In this document: one piece after another, positions 11,620 to 25,348 of the stretch
Numbering within the stretch: position 1 is the stretch's first letter
Layout of the letters: each line of letters opens with the position of its first letter
NCBI GenBank assembly: GCA_950097015.1
Contig: CATNEN010000034.1
Location: 1,178,001-1,242,000, forward strand
DNA from: Macrostomum hystrix
Lineage: Eukaryota; Animalia; Platyhelminthes
DNA: 64,000 nt
Direction: 5' to 3'
The notes under the pieces: model-generated
Told to the model about the DNA's origin: nothing
What the model saw: the letters and a program-made list of their open reading frames with translations, nothing else
Database searches by the model: none
Position numbers and translations under genes: made by a program

Positions 11620-11847
11620 CAGGAGGCGGCGGCGCTATTCAAACGCAGTAGCGTTTAAATAGACTGCAACTTAAATAGACTGCAACTATCTGTTTGCCCA
11701 GAGCCCTCCTGCAATAATATGATTATGACATCAATATCAACAATAGCTAAATTATAATTTAATTGAAATTAATATTCCATTTTAGCCGTCAGTTTTTCAG
11801 ATTCTTTCGTTGTGCTTTATCAGCCGTGATGTCGACTCTTAGGCTAC

Positions 11848-12256
11848 ATCGAACATGCGCGACGGTCGCCTAATAGCCAACTCCGAACATGTTCTTTGTT
11901 CCGAGAACATGTTCTTTTAAATTAATAAGGCTACTTAATGTATATTAAATACCGATAGGTACTGAACACGCGATAATATGCGCTGTTGAAAAAAAGATAT
12001 ATAATTGGTGGCTCATATATTAGGCTAATTAAAAGCTGGTATGCAGATTTTACAGACTTTACAGTAAATTACAGACATTGTAAGCCCCAGTTATCTTTAC
12101 CATTATGTCTTCTTTTTTGGCCTGTAATTTATCTTCACGCAGCTACATATATGTTTTTTACAATACGAAACCATATAAATTAAATGGTTATAAATGTTCT
12201 CGGAACAAATAACATGTTCTGATTTGCCCATTAGTCAACCGTCGCGCATGTTCGAT
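11848..12256. mobile_element. MITE-like inverted repeat pair (about 63-bp arms)
   Basis: 11848-11910 is an imperfect reverse complement of 12194-12256. No TSD found. Confidence 0.55.
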
Positions 12257-15200
12257 TACCGTTTCTTAGACCCTATCTCTGTCAACACGGGTGGCTTTAT
12301 TTAATCAGCTACTTTGTAGACCACGCCATAAATTAATTTGTTATACTCGTACTTTGATGTTCAAAAAGATTTATTTTTGCGCTAAAAATGGATCAATACA
12401 GGCTTCTGTGCAATATTGATATTTATAGCCTAGTTTTTAATTTATTATTTTATATACTTTCGCCTAATCATTTTTTCGCGCGTTTGAGTTCATCTTCTTA
12501 ATAAAAAATATGAAATTATTTATAACTGATTAACTGCTCGTTATCACTCTCGTTTTTCCGCTTTCGTACCAATGTAGAACTGCCTTAACATTTCATACCT
12601 TTCGAACACTTTTTCGAATTCATCCAACTAAACATAAAATGACATTGGCAAAATAGGCTGCTTGCCTGACCCAACCTAACAACCAACCAACAATTTAGTG
12701 CTAATTGCCTAATGCTTAAAATAATCAGCAATGTACGTACATTGTGGTCCCTCTTTCCGGTACCCGGTAAAATGCGGAATCCGCAACGGAATCGGAATGG
12801 AATAGTACGGTAAAACGCGGAATCCGCAGCGGAATGGTAAACTGCGGAACGAAGTGCGGATTCCGCACATTAAAGTAAAACGCGGAATGCGAAAATAAAA
12901 AAAGTAAAATGCGGAATGAAAACTAACTGAATTATACTTTTATTCATCACCTTATATTTAAAAAATCATCTGAAATTTATGTACATTTTTGCTGAACAAA
13001 TTGTTTTTCATTGTCACTATGACACTCAAATCAAATCTGTTGATCTTCCCTTAGCATGAAGATAGAGCTTTGGCAACTTATTTAAGGTAAATTCATACTC
13101 TGGAAGCGAAAGTGCATACTACGTACAATTTTTATATTTAATGTATTTCAAAAGTGCCCGCTGACATGTGGCGAGAAGTCATCCTACATCCTATTGCTGT
13201 CAAAAAAAATCGTAGCATTAAATGTGCATTTCTTAAAAAAAAATTCTATCCGAAACTTTAGGACAAGATAGATTTTAGCGAAGCTAAAATTACGATTTGC
13301 AAGACGCCTTTACGTTTTTAGTGTCAAGAAAGGCAATAAATAGTACAAGGAGCATGGAAAGTCAGATCAGTCAGATCAGTATGGAAGGTCAGTACCCTCT
13401 GGGAAAATCGCCGGCGAATCGCAAGCGAATCGTCAGCGAGACAGCGAAGTAGTGGCGACAATATTTTTTCTTCATTTCCCATATAGAACGTTTCAAAAAG
13501 CTGTGTTTGTCTGGAACTTTTCTTCCTGCAGCATAAAACATAGTTTTTCCACCTCGGTCGCATTGGCGAATCGTCAGCGGAACATTAGCGAAGTTTCGCC
13601 AGCGACTTTTCGCCAGCGACGGGACAGCGAATCGCTGGCGAATAAGCGCTTGATTATTTATTATTGGGGCTCTATTTTGCTAGTAAATATAAGAAAATGT
13701 ATAAAATTATTTGATTTCTCACTTGCATAACAATCTCTTCATTCTATTCTATCGAATTTACCACTGCTTGGGGGTATGAATCAGATAAATAATATATAGT
13801 GACTTCTCTAGGCAATAGAAAGTTAGGTATAACGAGTGGAACTCCTCCACTGGAGGACAAACCCAAGAAATTCGACTCCCCGAATTGTAATGTTGATGCA
13901 GTGTTTGAATCGCGAAGTCAAGGCATAGTATGGAAATTATCAATCTGGGCATCTTATATATATAAAAGTGAAAACTCTGTCTGTCTGTCTGTCTGTCTGT
14001 GTGCAACCTTTTGTCTTTATAGACGCCGAAACCGCTCAACCAAATCGCACCAAACTTTGCACATACCTAAAACCACCTACGCTGAGTGCAATAGGCTACT
14101 CAAATTCCCGAAAAATCATTTCCTTCCTGCTCAAAAGTGCAAAAAACTGCTCAAAAATCGTCAAAAAATCACTCAATTCGACATATCGTCGCCCCACTTT
14201 GTCAGATTTTCTCCAAATTTGATCCACTTACACTTTACATGTTTTCCAACAATGCTGTCAATTTTGAACATCTCTACTCAATCCAGAGCAAAGCTGCATC
14301 ATCTCAAAGTGAGTCACTTTTTGTTTTCCGAGGACAGCCACCCCAACTCCCCTCCGCCACTCTGCGGGCCAAATTTTAATACAGCCACCCCCTCCCTTCC
14401 CCGGGCGCCGAAGCCCCAGACTGTACATTGTATTTCAAGCCGTGAATGTACACAGCCCAAACCCCTAGACTGTCTACTGGCCCCCAAGCAGCACTGAGAC
14501 TGCATCTAACGGCCGCCGGCTAGCCGACACTTCCACTAGTCAAAAAATACTCGGCTAGCCGGGTGATTCCACGTGGACCCACGGGGGGCTAGCCTTACTG
14601 GCGGTGGCCTTGGGGGAATTGCATTCCTAACCCACGTGCATGTAGTAAGAAACTATATAAATAACTTATTTCCAAACATATAGGGAAGCCATTTTTACGG
14701 CGTAGTGTAGAATAACTTCGACTAAGTAGCTCAATGAGATACATGAGATACATACATGACAAAGCCATTTTTCAAAAGAAACCAAACTTGTCCCTAGAAC
14801 TCGAAAGAACTCGAAGCAGTGGCGAACGAATTTCGTATATGGAAAACTCTTGCATAATGAATTATATCTTTTTGGCTAGAACGGCAAGAACTATAATACA
14901 ACACAGGCATATTATATGCATTTTAGAAATGAAATAGATGACAGATCAATAGAAAGGAGGAATGAAAAGAATAAATGACAAAAAGTGATAAGTTTTATTT
15001 CGTCAATTACAAAAATCAAATGTAATTGGTAATCGAGCTAGGGACCTTCCGCATGCGAGGATTCAGCGCTACTCAACAATCTACACGGACTTGATAGAAG
15101 TGAAGGGAAAAAATGTTATTATACTGGCTGGTAGAAAGCCCAACTTAAAAGTTCTTTATCGTTCTTAATCGTTCTTTCATTCTTATTTATTCTATACCGT

Positions 15201-15858
15201 AACAGTTGAACCTAAAATCTGTAATTTAGAAGATACAAGAGAGAATAAGTATACAATTATAAATATAGGAATGAATAAGTAGAAGCTAGGTATGTAAGTA
15301 TGCATAATTTAAAAATTTGGCGCGTTCCGATGCACAAGATTGAGATTCTAAATAGAGGAAGAGGGACTGTGTTTCGTACATTAATAAGGTAATAGTTTGG
15401 TATCTTATCTCCCTCCCGAGTTCCGGCCAACAAATGAATTAGTAATGAATTTCGATTGCTAGGGACCATTGAAAGGTTACACGATCGATCATAACCAATT
15501 GTGAATTATTTGATATTTTTTTTTTCTGCAATCTAAATTCGAAATTTATTCATATACATTCTGTTTTTATTAAACGTTGCTTCATTTTGTGTTCATATGT
15601 GTTTATTTTGGTACGTCCCAATTCCTTCACGCAAACTAAACTCCCGGACGAAAAAATGTTACGTAAACACGTTAAAACAAAACAAACGCTAAAAACAAAA
15701 CGTAGAATTAGTAAAAAATCTCATTTTATTGCACAAAAATTAAAATTGCTTTAACAGTTTTTAGTTACAGACAAGCGCTTTATTGACTTGAAATTTAAAT
15801 TTTAAATTACAGTTTTTGCGGTTGTTTTATTCCTATCCAATATTCTATCCTATTCTAT

Positions 15859-16167
15859 TGTAGTATAACTGGGTTTGAAGGCCGCGAATTTAAACAGTTT
15901 TACTACAGCAATTTAACGTCTTCAGTTTACACGCCGCGCCGCGCCTTACACTTACAATCGATTGCAGCGCGCTTTTCAAACTGGTGCGATTATATTTTAA
16001 TTAGACAACGATTAAAATAATTTATAATTTATATTTGCATTATTTTCAAGGGTCATAAAAGTAGAAATTAATAACATAATAATGTTATTTGCAATCGCTA
16101 TAGTTACTGTATAGCAACAATTAAATATTTAGCGCAATTTTAAAAGAACATTTCCAGCCGCACTACA
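15859..16167. mobile_element. Solo LTR of the Gypsy family at 47928-54751
   Basis: 309 bp, TG...CA ends, 4-bp TSD CTAT, and 3 substitutions seen relative to the full element's LTRs. Confidence 0.92.
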
Positions 16168-16386
16168 CTATGCTATCCTAAACCGATTAGGTTACTTGTG
16201 TTAATTATCTACTGATACTACTACTAGATAATAGATCGATTCTTAAATCTTTAATTTATTTTGAAGTCTCAGTCAAAAGCATTGCGATTTTTTTGTCGCA
16301 GCGCATTTTTATTGCAAAATAGTAAATATAAAGTTTCTAATTAATTTAGATTAAATCGTCAAATTAGCTATTTGTTAAGGTAAGTA

Positions 16387-16951
16387 CCATAGTCCGGATC
16401 ATGTCGTTTACGCCGGAGATCTCCGGCGTAAATCTGGTTTGGGATCGGAGGCTGGCGTAAGTGCTTGGCGTAAGTATAGGCCAAAATGTGCCTTGGCGTA
16501 AGTGCTTGGCGTAAGTACATGGCATAAATCAAGTGGCGTAAATGTTAGCACCAATGAGATCATTCACGATCAAATGTATCACTATAGAACATAACACATT
16601 TGCGTTAAATATGATGTTTGCGTTAATTAGGAGCAGCATTAAAACAAAGTTCATTAAAATATTGCAGTTCGTATAAATGAGATAGCAGAATATCTATTGA
16701 AGGATAGCAAAAGTTTTTTTAGCTTTAAGATGCTTACTTTGATACTTGATTTAGAATTTGCAACTTGTGAGATTTTTAAACAGTTGCAACTTCTGAATTT
16801 AATTAATCACCGATTAACATGATTTGTGAAGGACCTTTTTTTGGGTGGCGTAAGTCAGAGGGACCTTTTTTGGTTGGCGTAAGTCTGGCGTAAGTGCCAA
16901 AAAATGTTGGATTTTTCCTCCGGCGTAAGTCCAGCATGATCCGGACTATGG
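16387..16951. mobile_element. MITE with 17-bp TIR and 8-bp TSD
   Basis: CCATAGTCCGGATCATG / CATGATCCGGACTATGG; TSD GGTAAGTA at 16379-16386 and 16952-16959; many internal GGCGTAA motifs. Confidence 0.88.
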
Positions 16952-17104
16952 GGTAAGTATGACTGTCAGTGCTTTCTATTCACTCATAGGCCCCTATTTT
17001 CCTTAAATATGTTGCCCGTAGTTGTATAGACAACTAATATAATTAATAATTTTTTATTAACCATGCTTTCAGGGCCTAGCTGTGTCCCATAGGAAGTGCT
17101 TATT

Positions 17105-17245
17105 CACATGGTCCTATGCTGATAATTTCAATTTTATCCACGTGGTCCTATGCTGATAATTTCAATTTTATCCACGTGGTCCTATGCTGATAATTTCAAT
17201 TTTATCCACGTGGTCCTATGCTTATAATTTCAATTTTATCCATAT
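17105..17245. repeat. 34-bp tandem repeat, about 4 copies
   Basis: The unit CACGTGGTCCTATGCTGATAATTTCAATTTTATC repeats at 34-bp spacing. Confidence 0.9.
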
Positions 17246-18229
17246 GAATCCATGCTCAAAATTTATGCTTATCTGCTGGTGTTTTGTTTTGCAATCAGTC
17301 CTAAAAACAGACTGGCTGGCTGCCTATATCGATCACCCTCAAACTGCAGCCAATTAAACCTGCCACAGAAAATGAATTCCACTGAGCAATGTAGAGAGCC
17401 TGGCACTTGCTGTCACAGCTAAGACCTGTGATTTCCTTTGGCAAATCAAAATCCCTCTGGGCTTTGAGACAGACAGACCCATCAATTGAAAAGGCAAGAA
17501 TCTCATAACTTTAGTCTCCATGTAAAACGGAACAAAAAGGGAGCCTCACAGTGATATCACCTGCACAATTCTCTCTCACTAGCTGGCCTGAAGAATCAGC
17601 AACAAAAGTTTTAGTGTTGGAGCACAATGCAATAAATCTAGGATTGCCTAGACTTTCCAGCTCACCAGACTGGAATAAACATAATCCAACAATCATGTGT
17701 ACAAAAACATTCAAGACACAATAGTTTTGATGACTATAGTTGGTTGTAGTGTCTCAAACAAACTTTTCTTGTACAACACTTAAGCATGCAGATAACGCCT
17801 ATGCCATATCTATCCATAGTGTGGATCATGTAGTGCAGACAAGAATTTTCCTGTGTGTATTTTCAGAAGTGGCATGCAGTGGTGTACAAATTGGTCAGTG
17901 GCCTGCATAATGCACACTACATAATTACACTGGCATGGCAATGTTGCCAATGCATTTATGCATGCAGCAAAAAACATATTCAACTTTTTTTAAATCTATT
18001 GTATATTAACAGTATAAATAGAGAAACAAAAATTAACATTTGTCTCCACTTGATTTGTGTTGCCTATGGATGAGTTAGCTCTATGTAGCAATGTATGCAG
18101 TGCGCTGCACGTGGCCTACATCTTGAATGTGCATTGACTTCCAAATTGCAGGTACTGCTTGACTGTTTTCACCTGCCTGTGACCAGTCACTTTACAGATA
18201 TTGGCATTTGAGTAACCAACATCAGAAAA

Positions 18230-18385
18230 CTCCTTGCAGAGCTATTGCTGCGGCTGCCTCATGGAATGGTTGGAGCAGCAAATCAAACATGTCGACACCG
18301 GTGACGCCCATCTGAAGTGGTCCCAGACCCTCTGACTTGGCCACCAGCTGGAACACGTCCATGGCGGCAAGAAGGTCGCTGCTGT
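18230..18385 (-). pseudogene. Paralogous fragment of the methyltransferase-like gene at 28440-29320
   Basis: Reads SDLLAAMDVFQLVAKSEGLGPLQMGVTGVDMFDLLLQPFHEAAAA and closely matches 28960-29115 at the DNA level. Confidence 0.7.
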
Positions 18386-18626
18386 TAGCGGCCTGATTAT
18401 GCGAACATCCGATGGGATTCCAATTGCTCTAACAGACATTTGACATTGTTCTAAAATAAGAAAATGCAATGAAATTTACAGAATTTTATCATGTAGTCTA
18501 AAAATTTACTGCAACATGCTAACAAAATATGTGTTAAATTATATTCACCTCATTGAAATTGGAAGGAAATCCATGGAAGTAAAGATGAAAATTTTCAAAG
18601 TCGTTTCTGAAATATTTGTTTTTATA

Positions 18627-19650
18627 CGTAGGGTGTCCCAGAAATAGCGGGAAAAATCGATGCACAGGCAAACTGGTGCAACATAGTTTATTGAAACTTA
18701 CGTCACTGATATATAAACATTCAGCAGTTCTAATGCTTTTTAAATCAAGTAAATATGTCAACTCATTAAAAAGTTTTAGCTAAAATTAGAACAAGGGGTA
18801 AGGGGTAGAGTTACACCAAGTCAAGGCCAGCGGAATCGGTCACGCAGCATCGCCATTGCTGACCTACTTCTTTGACTTAGCGGCAGGGAGCCTCCATGAC
18901 AGACGCAGCGAGGAGGCGGCCGGTGCCGCCCATATCGCTAACCCCTGGCAGCATCGCCATCGCCGTCGACTGACGACTTTTCGACGAAGTCCCCCTTAGC
19001 TCGCAGCACTTAGTCCATCGCGTGAGAAGCGCATTGATGGCATCTGCATAAGCTCGACGCGGAATTTCGTGCAGCAGAACCCGCCTGAATTCACCTTCCA
19101 AGTTGTCGCGATGGTCAAAGATGCGCCCCCGCAGGTGCTTCTTTAACTGAGGGAAAATTGCGTAGTCGCAAGGAGCTAAGTCTGGTGAGTAGGGTGGGTG
19201 CGCAAGCAGATCAAAATTGAGTTCGTTGATACGATCAAGCGTTTTCTTGGCCGTGTGAGGTCGAGCGTTGTCGTGCAACAGGAGGTGAGGCTTCATCGCA
19301 GCCCTGCGCTTGTTGCGGATGTCTGATTTCATCTTAGTCAGCGTCTCCGTGTACCGGTCCGAGTTAACCGTGCTGTTAGGCCCAAGGAAGTCGATGGTCA
19401 GGGTTAGACCCAGAAGGGTCAGGTCAACCTTCTTGATCGAAGAAAAGGGTCAGCATGATCTTCTTGCAGTGCTGGTCTCGCTTCGCTTTCACAGGTGGAT
19501 CTGAACCCTTCAACGCCCACACCTTGCTTTCTGCTTGGTCTCAGGGTCAAAGTGCGGTATCCAGGTTTCATTGCCGGTCACCAGATAGGGTGTATCTGGT
19601 ATTCGCTCGTATTTTAAGCGAATTTTTTTGAAGTTCTGTAAATTCTGTAA
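18627..19650 (-). pseudogene. Tc1/mariner (DD34D) transposase remnant with its 3' TIR
   Basis: VTGNETW (first catalytic Asp changed to Asn), LLHDNARPH and PPYSPDLAPCDY with 34-residue D-D spacing. TA followed by CGTAGGGTGTCCC at 18625-18639. 5'-truncated, with an internal duplication and a stop. Confidence 0.9.
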
Positions 19651-20359
19651 ATTACCGAACTAGGCTACAACAAGCAAAAACAATTACAGTTTAGCATATG
19701 ATAGCTGCCTAAATTCCTGATGTACATAAATATATATCTCGGCTCCATTAGTAAAAAAACACTAACCTGGCAGTTCAATCGCCCAACAGGCTACCTTCTG
19801 CCGCATTCATTTGAGCTGAAATTGGTAGGGATATTATACTCAAATCGCCAGAAGTATAATATCGCCAACTTAAATACTAACGTTAGTTTCCCTTTTGATT
19901 AGTCAAGATTAGTAAACATAGAAGCACAGCCGTTAATTGGCTGCGAACTTTTAATATCTGATTCAATATTGGGAACACTTTGAACTGCAGACTTCACCTC
20001 TAAGTTGTTTAAAGTACTTATTGGTCTCAGTTGCTGCAAGCTGTTGAAACATGGCACAATGATTTCAACCGCTACAACATATTGAACAGAAACTACTTAA
20101 AAATAAATGAAAACGAAAAGTAATAAATTCCAGATCTACCTATCAATCAGACGAGCCAAGAGCTTTCACCTTTAAAGGCATTTTCCGGTAGATTATTTAA
20201 CTCTTAGTCGTTATGATTATATTATTATATATTTTGCGGTGCCCTAAAGTAGTGGATACAAATAATAAGGATTCAAATAGTCCTGGTCAAACATGATATT
20301 TGTTGCATTATTAAACTTCATTAAATCAAATTAAAGTAAGTACATTTTACTTATTTCAG

Positions 20360-23039
20360 ATGTACCGTTTTAAAACCCTGAAGTAAACACGCAAGGTAAC
20401 TTACGTTTCTGGCCTGCGTGGACGACCAAGATCAACAAAATACTCTGCCGGTAAAGACTGTTGGAATCAACATAGTGCTAAATCTGCAGTTCAAAACACT
20501 TCTGGCACGTCCAGTTCTGTTTTTCAAGAAGCAGATTTCGACTTTGAAAGTTCGTCCGATTGCTTTATCGAGTGGGAAAATTATGATTCATTTGTTGAAA
20601 ATTGTTCACCGAGTTATCGGAAGTCATTTATTTTGAGCCAGTGCATACGCTGCCGAGAAAACCAAGGTATTTTTCGCTGTATAACCTGTAACGTGGATCT
20701 ATGTGCTGACTGCAAGGAAGTAACTCATGGAGATTTCGTTGCTCATAAATTTCTACTCTGGAATGTAAGCAAACCTACATATATTTAGTGATCTTTAGCT
20801 CATAAGTGCACTTTTTTAAACGAAACAAGAAAAAAAGATCTCAACAGCAATTTTAGCAATCTATGCCAATCAAAAATGTAAACTAAAATGTAACTTCCTC
20901 CCGCAGATCGATCTACTGATGTTTAGTGAGGAAACTTCCGGGGCAGCCATATCTTTTCCAAAACTTTACTGCTGTAATGACTGTGCGAGAGGCAAAGTAT
21001 TTAATGCAGCGAGCAACGTGCAGTTAATTAACATAACCGGAAGCGTCCAGGCAAAAGTTTTTACATGTGCAGCATGCGACACCTGTTGTGCTTTGCTGTC
21101 TCAGGGCTACTTCCCTGCAACGGCTTCATCAGATGGCGAATGTTTAACTTTTTTTTTCCTTTAGTTTCCTTTCACTTCTTGATTCAATGTGCATGGATGG
21201 ACAGTTGCCTATGCATAGAGCAATTCACTCATTCTTTAAGGGCACAGTCGTGGGACAAGGTTGCTGGAGTCCAGACTTAGCGAAGAGTGTCTACCAACGT
21301 ATTCAGCGGTACGGTGTACTTTTGCGCTTTCGCGAGTTGCAAAACCATAATTCATGTTGGCCAAAAACATGCCTAAGTTGCCCAGAAAAAAACTCTAAAC
21401 GCAAGACTGTTCTATGTGGTGATGGTCTCTTCGGTTGGCAGCAATTTGCAGCGTCGGGTGGAAAGCAGAAGGATTTACCAGGTGATGGTCGTATTTTGCC
21501 TGAACCTCTTATTTACGTAGATGGAAATTCTCAACAAGGTTCTACTGTCCATCATCCTGAGCCTGACAGTTGTCCTAACTGGAGAGCTGGTAGTACAACT
21601 AAAGAGACCTCGAGAGGTGCCTCACGGAACAACGTCTATGGATTCTTTGGTCTGTTCTGCAGACACAATAGGCTTGTGACAGGGTGTAATATAAATACTC
21701 CAGGAGAGCGTCTTTGCTATCCAGAGGAATGCCTGCTTCATTATTTAAAAACGACGCCAGTGTCAAAGCATCTACTGTTTATTTATGACGTTGGTGAGTA
21801 ATCCGATTTAACATGCGTACAGTTTAAATCATATCATTATAATTCATACTTCGTGCAAAATATTTTTAACAGTTTTCCAAAAAATATTGAAAGTGGCATA
21901 AAAAGTTTTCTTGCTCGAATATACTCGAAATCGTTTCAATTTCAGGTTGTCGTGTCTCCAATCGGGTCAAGTCTATCGTTGCACAGTCCGGGGCTGATGT
22001 CCATAGCAGCATGTGTGCTGTTAATGCGTTTCACGTCCTTGGACATAAAACTAGCTGTCAGCTGAATTTATCCGTACGCGTTACTCCGGGAGCTGGCTTG
22101 TGTGACGGTGAGCATTCTGAACGAGCCTGGGCTGCCTTAAGACCGTATGGAAAGTTTTTTAAGTACATGCGGAATGATCGGAGGACAATGTCCATATCCC
22201 ATATTTTACACAATTTCAATGCTCAACAACTTTTAAATGCACATGTGTGGTTTGCGCAAAGGTTGAAATTGATTACAACTACCTCTACAGCAATAAAAAA
22301 CGAAATTCAAGCTCTAATGCATGAAATGGCTGTCTTAAAAAATTCTGGTTGTATTGACACTCGCTTTGACGTATCGGATGAGCAGATTCTGGTCTTAGGC
22401 CAGCAATGGCATATGGAATCAATTTCGGGTCACGCCTCTCTTGAAGAAGATACGCTGGGCTCTTTAAGGTCAGTTGCCACTCAAAGAATATATTGGCTTA
22501 GAGAACTTGGTACTTCCACAGGTCAAAGTCGAACAAAAAGTTGTGCTCGTAGAGTTTTTAGTCTAACTTCGGAAATGCAGAAACTCTATTCCAAATTGCC
22601 ACAAAACGATAGACCAACTTTTACAGAACTTCAAAACCCTAAGCATAGCTTCTATTCCGGAATTGCTAAAAACGATTTTACAGGAAGCTTTCGTAGACGC
22701 GCCATTGACGTAAGTCATAAAAAAGAGAGGCTTGATGAGGAAAAAAACTTTCTTTTTGATGAATGGCGTGATATTCAGAAGCGTATTCAAGAGCATTGTA
22801 TAACTTTAGAAGGTCAACCAGGTCTACCGGCACACTTTCACCGACTGTTTCAGATTATTTACCGGCAAATTGAAAGTGTCCCTATAGCAATGCTCTCAGT
22901 CAACCAAGACTCAATCCAAAGTTTAACTCCCACGGTTGACAGTTTAGACAAAAATGATTCTAACGAACGACTGGACGATCTAGATAACTCATTCAATTCA
23001 GCATCAGATGATTCTGATGATGACGAGACCGCGTGTTAA
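20360..23039 (+). pseudogene. KDZ (Kyakuja/Dileera-like) transposase with an N-terminal CxC zinc cluster; 3 exons (20360-20764, 20907-21793, 21946-23039); two lesions
   Basis: CIRC..FRCITC..LCADC..H..AH..W, then GYFPAT, LCGDGLF, YDVGC, AFHVLGHKTSCQ and DGEHSERAW. Two GT-AG introns join the exons in phase. There is an in-frame TAA at 20384-20386 and one extra T in a T9 run near 21149-21157. Confidence 0.82.
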
Positions 23040-23140
23040 ATATATATTAGCAGCTAAGTGCATCAAACCAAAAAGTCTCATAATATTTAAGTCAAAATGC
23101 AACACTTTACTATTAAGTATCTGCTATCTGACACAAAAAA

Positions 23141-23837
23141 ATGCTGGGACTGTCAATGTGCATTCATTGCTTTGACATTTTTCCCTCTGCAAAAAACTAA
23201 TGCTGGGATTGTCAATGGGCATTCATTGCTTTGACATTTTTCCCTCTGCATAAAACTAATGCTGGGATTGTCAATGGGCATTCATTGCTTTGACATTTTT
23301 CCCTCTGCATAAAACTAATGCTGGGATTGTCAATGGGCATTCATTGCTTTGACATTTTTCCCTCTGCATAAAACTAATGCTGGGATTGTCAATGTGCATT
23401 CATTGCTTTGACATTTTTCCCTCTGCATAAAACTAATGCTGGGATTGTCAATGTGCATTCATTGCTTTGACATTTTCCCTCTGCATAAAACTAATGCTGG
23501 GATTGTCAATGTGCATTCATTGCTTTGACATTTTTCCCTCTGCATAAAACTAATGCTGGGATTGTCAATGTGCATTCATTGCTTTGACATTTTTCCCTCT
23601 GCATAAAACTAATGCTGGGATTGTCAATGTGCATTCATTGCTTTGACATTTTTCCCTCTGCATAAAACTAATGCTGGGATTGTCAATGTGCATTCATTGC
23701 TTTGACATTTTCCCTCTGCATAAAACTAATGCTGGGATTGTCAATGTGCATTCATTGCTTTGACATTTTTCCTCTGCATAAAACTAATGCTGGGATTGTC
23801 AATGTGCATTCATTGCTTTGACATTTTCCCTCTGCAT
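23141..23837. repeat. 59-bp tandem array, about 12 copies
   Basis: ATGCTGGG recurs at 23141, 23200 and 23259 and onward. It is the inverted counterpart of 32874-33274. Confidence 0.95.
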
Positions 23838-25348
23838 TTGTCAGATAAATTTTTCTTTCACGAACGTGACGCGCCTCATCGTGGCGTGAAAGTGAACAGT
23901 GCGCGTTTCAATCTTTTGCACTGGCCAAGACGTCACTACTAGTTAGTCTAGGTGTTTTACAACCTTCTGTACTGAATATCCACGAACCAATCACTTCATA
24001 TATTTTATTCTATCTATTCACATTCTTTATACCCAGAAATTTGCTGTTATAGTAGACTCCCTCTCACAAAGTTGACCTATTTTGTCTTGTTTCCGGTACG
24101 TAAATCAAGAAATCAAAGCAATGAACGCTACTTTTAGTTTAAGATTTAGTATCATTTGCGATTCAGCTCTCAATCTGCGTGTTCTCAATATAATTTCCTG
24201 CTTTCATTCATTTTTTCCCTATGTTCCGTGGTGCACAACTGCTGGACTGGAGAACAATCGCACTCGGCACCAAAAGATGTAGTGGCACTTTTAGGCTTAA
24301 ATACAGGTAAAAGATGCTTTTAATTACTTAAATTTGTGACTTATTTATTGAATTTTATATTCAAGTTCAATTCCCACCCTGCCAGGAAATGCGAACTGGA
24401 CTCGACAGTTTAGATTATTCGGAGGCAGCCTTTCAAAAACAGTGGCGAAGCCTGTCTGTCACGAGCAGAAACCGTAGCCGGCCGTCAGTGTCGGCCACCT
24501 TCGCGATGCGCGGTTTCTCAATGTACGACGGAAGATAATTGCATATTATGCACTGTCTGCATCTACCCATCTAGCCGACTAGCGGGCCTGCCATCCCACC
24601 AATGCAGCGCTGGAATACTGAGTACTGGTTGCTAACTGCAAAGATACATGCTTCTCACCTTAATTTGATATTATTTTGCGCATTCTCAAGTCCGTGTACT
24701 CTGTACTTACCCCCTGTTGAGCAGTTATTGCAATATGCACATTTTTCTTATTTACGAGTAGCTAGTAAATATACAAATTGTACTTCGTCTTACTGCTTGC
24801 TAATAAATAAGTAGCTTACGAAATGCGCCCGATACCATCCCGTATAAAGCCAGTCTTAAATGGCGCATATTTTGTTACACCTACTGTGAGAAGCCTACTA
24901 TGAAAGTGGTTGATAGTATATAACGACGTGTTATTCTTTGGAAATTATATGCTTAACATATCGCCATTCCAGCATTAAAATAATTTTGTGTACAATTTGT
25001 TACTTAATAAAAAATTAATCAATTTTCGATATGTACAGCAAGCAAACCGATGCCTTAAGTACCCAAGTTCAGCCGACTGTACTTTTGAAAAAACAAGAAA
25101 GTGTTTCGTGTTTAAGATTTTAACAGTAACGGCATTGAGGTCGATTGCTGGTAATGTACTGTACGTATCGAGTACAATCGTAACAAGTAGCTCTACATGT
25201 ACCTCAATCTCAGCAAAAATTAGATTAATTGGATGTCAGTATAGAAGTGGATTTCTCATCTCAATCTGATACGAATTTAACGCCAAAAGCCCCAGAACTC
25301 TGTTTCCTGAAGTGCAAGTGTAAATTAATTGTCATGATAGTCGAATTT

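Larger units (their letters stand above)
8370..11690 (-). mobile_element. Full-length non-LTR retrotransposon, RTE-like (APE-RT, single ORF)
   Basis: 14-bp TSD TGTTTGCCCAGAGC at 8356-8369 and 11691-11704; (TTG)n 3' tail at 8370-8390; 16-bp tandem duplication in the 5' UTR. Confidence 0.93.

Noticed and set aside
24200-24540. Possible two-exon mini-gene (HNCWTGEQ...LDSLDYSEAAFQKQW)
   Set aside because: The splice phase is compatible, but there is no start codon, no recognisable domain and a product under 100 aa.
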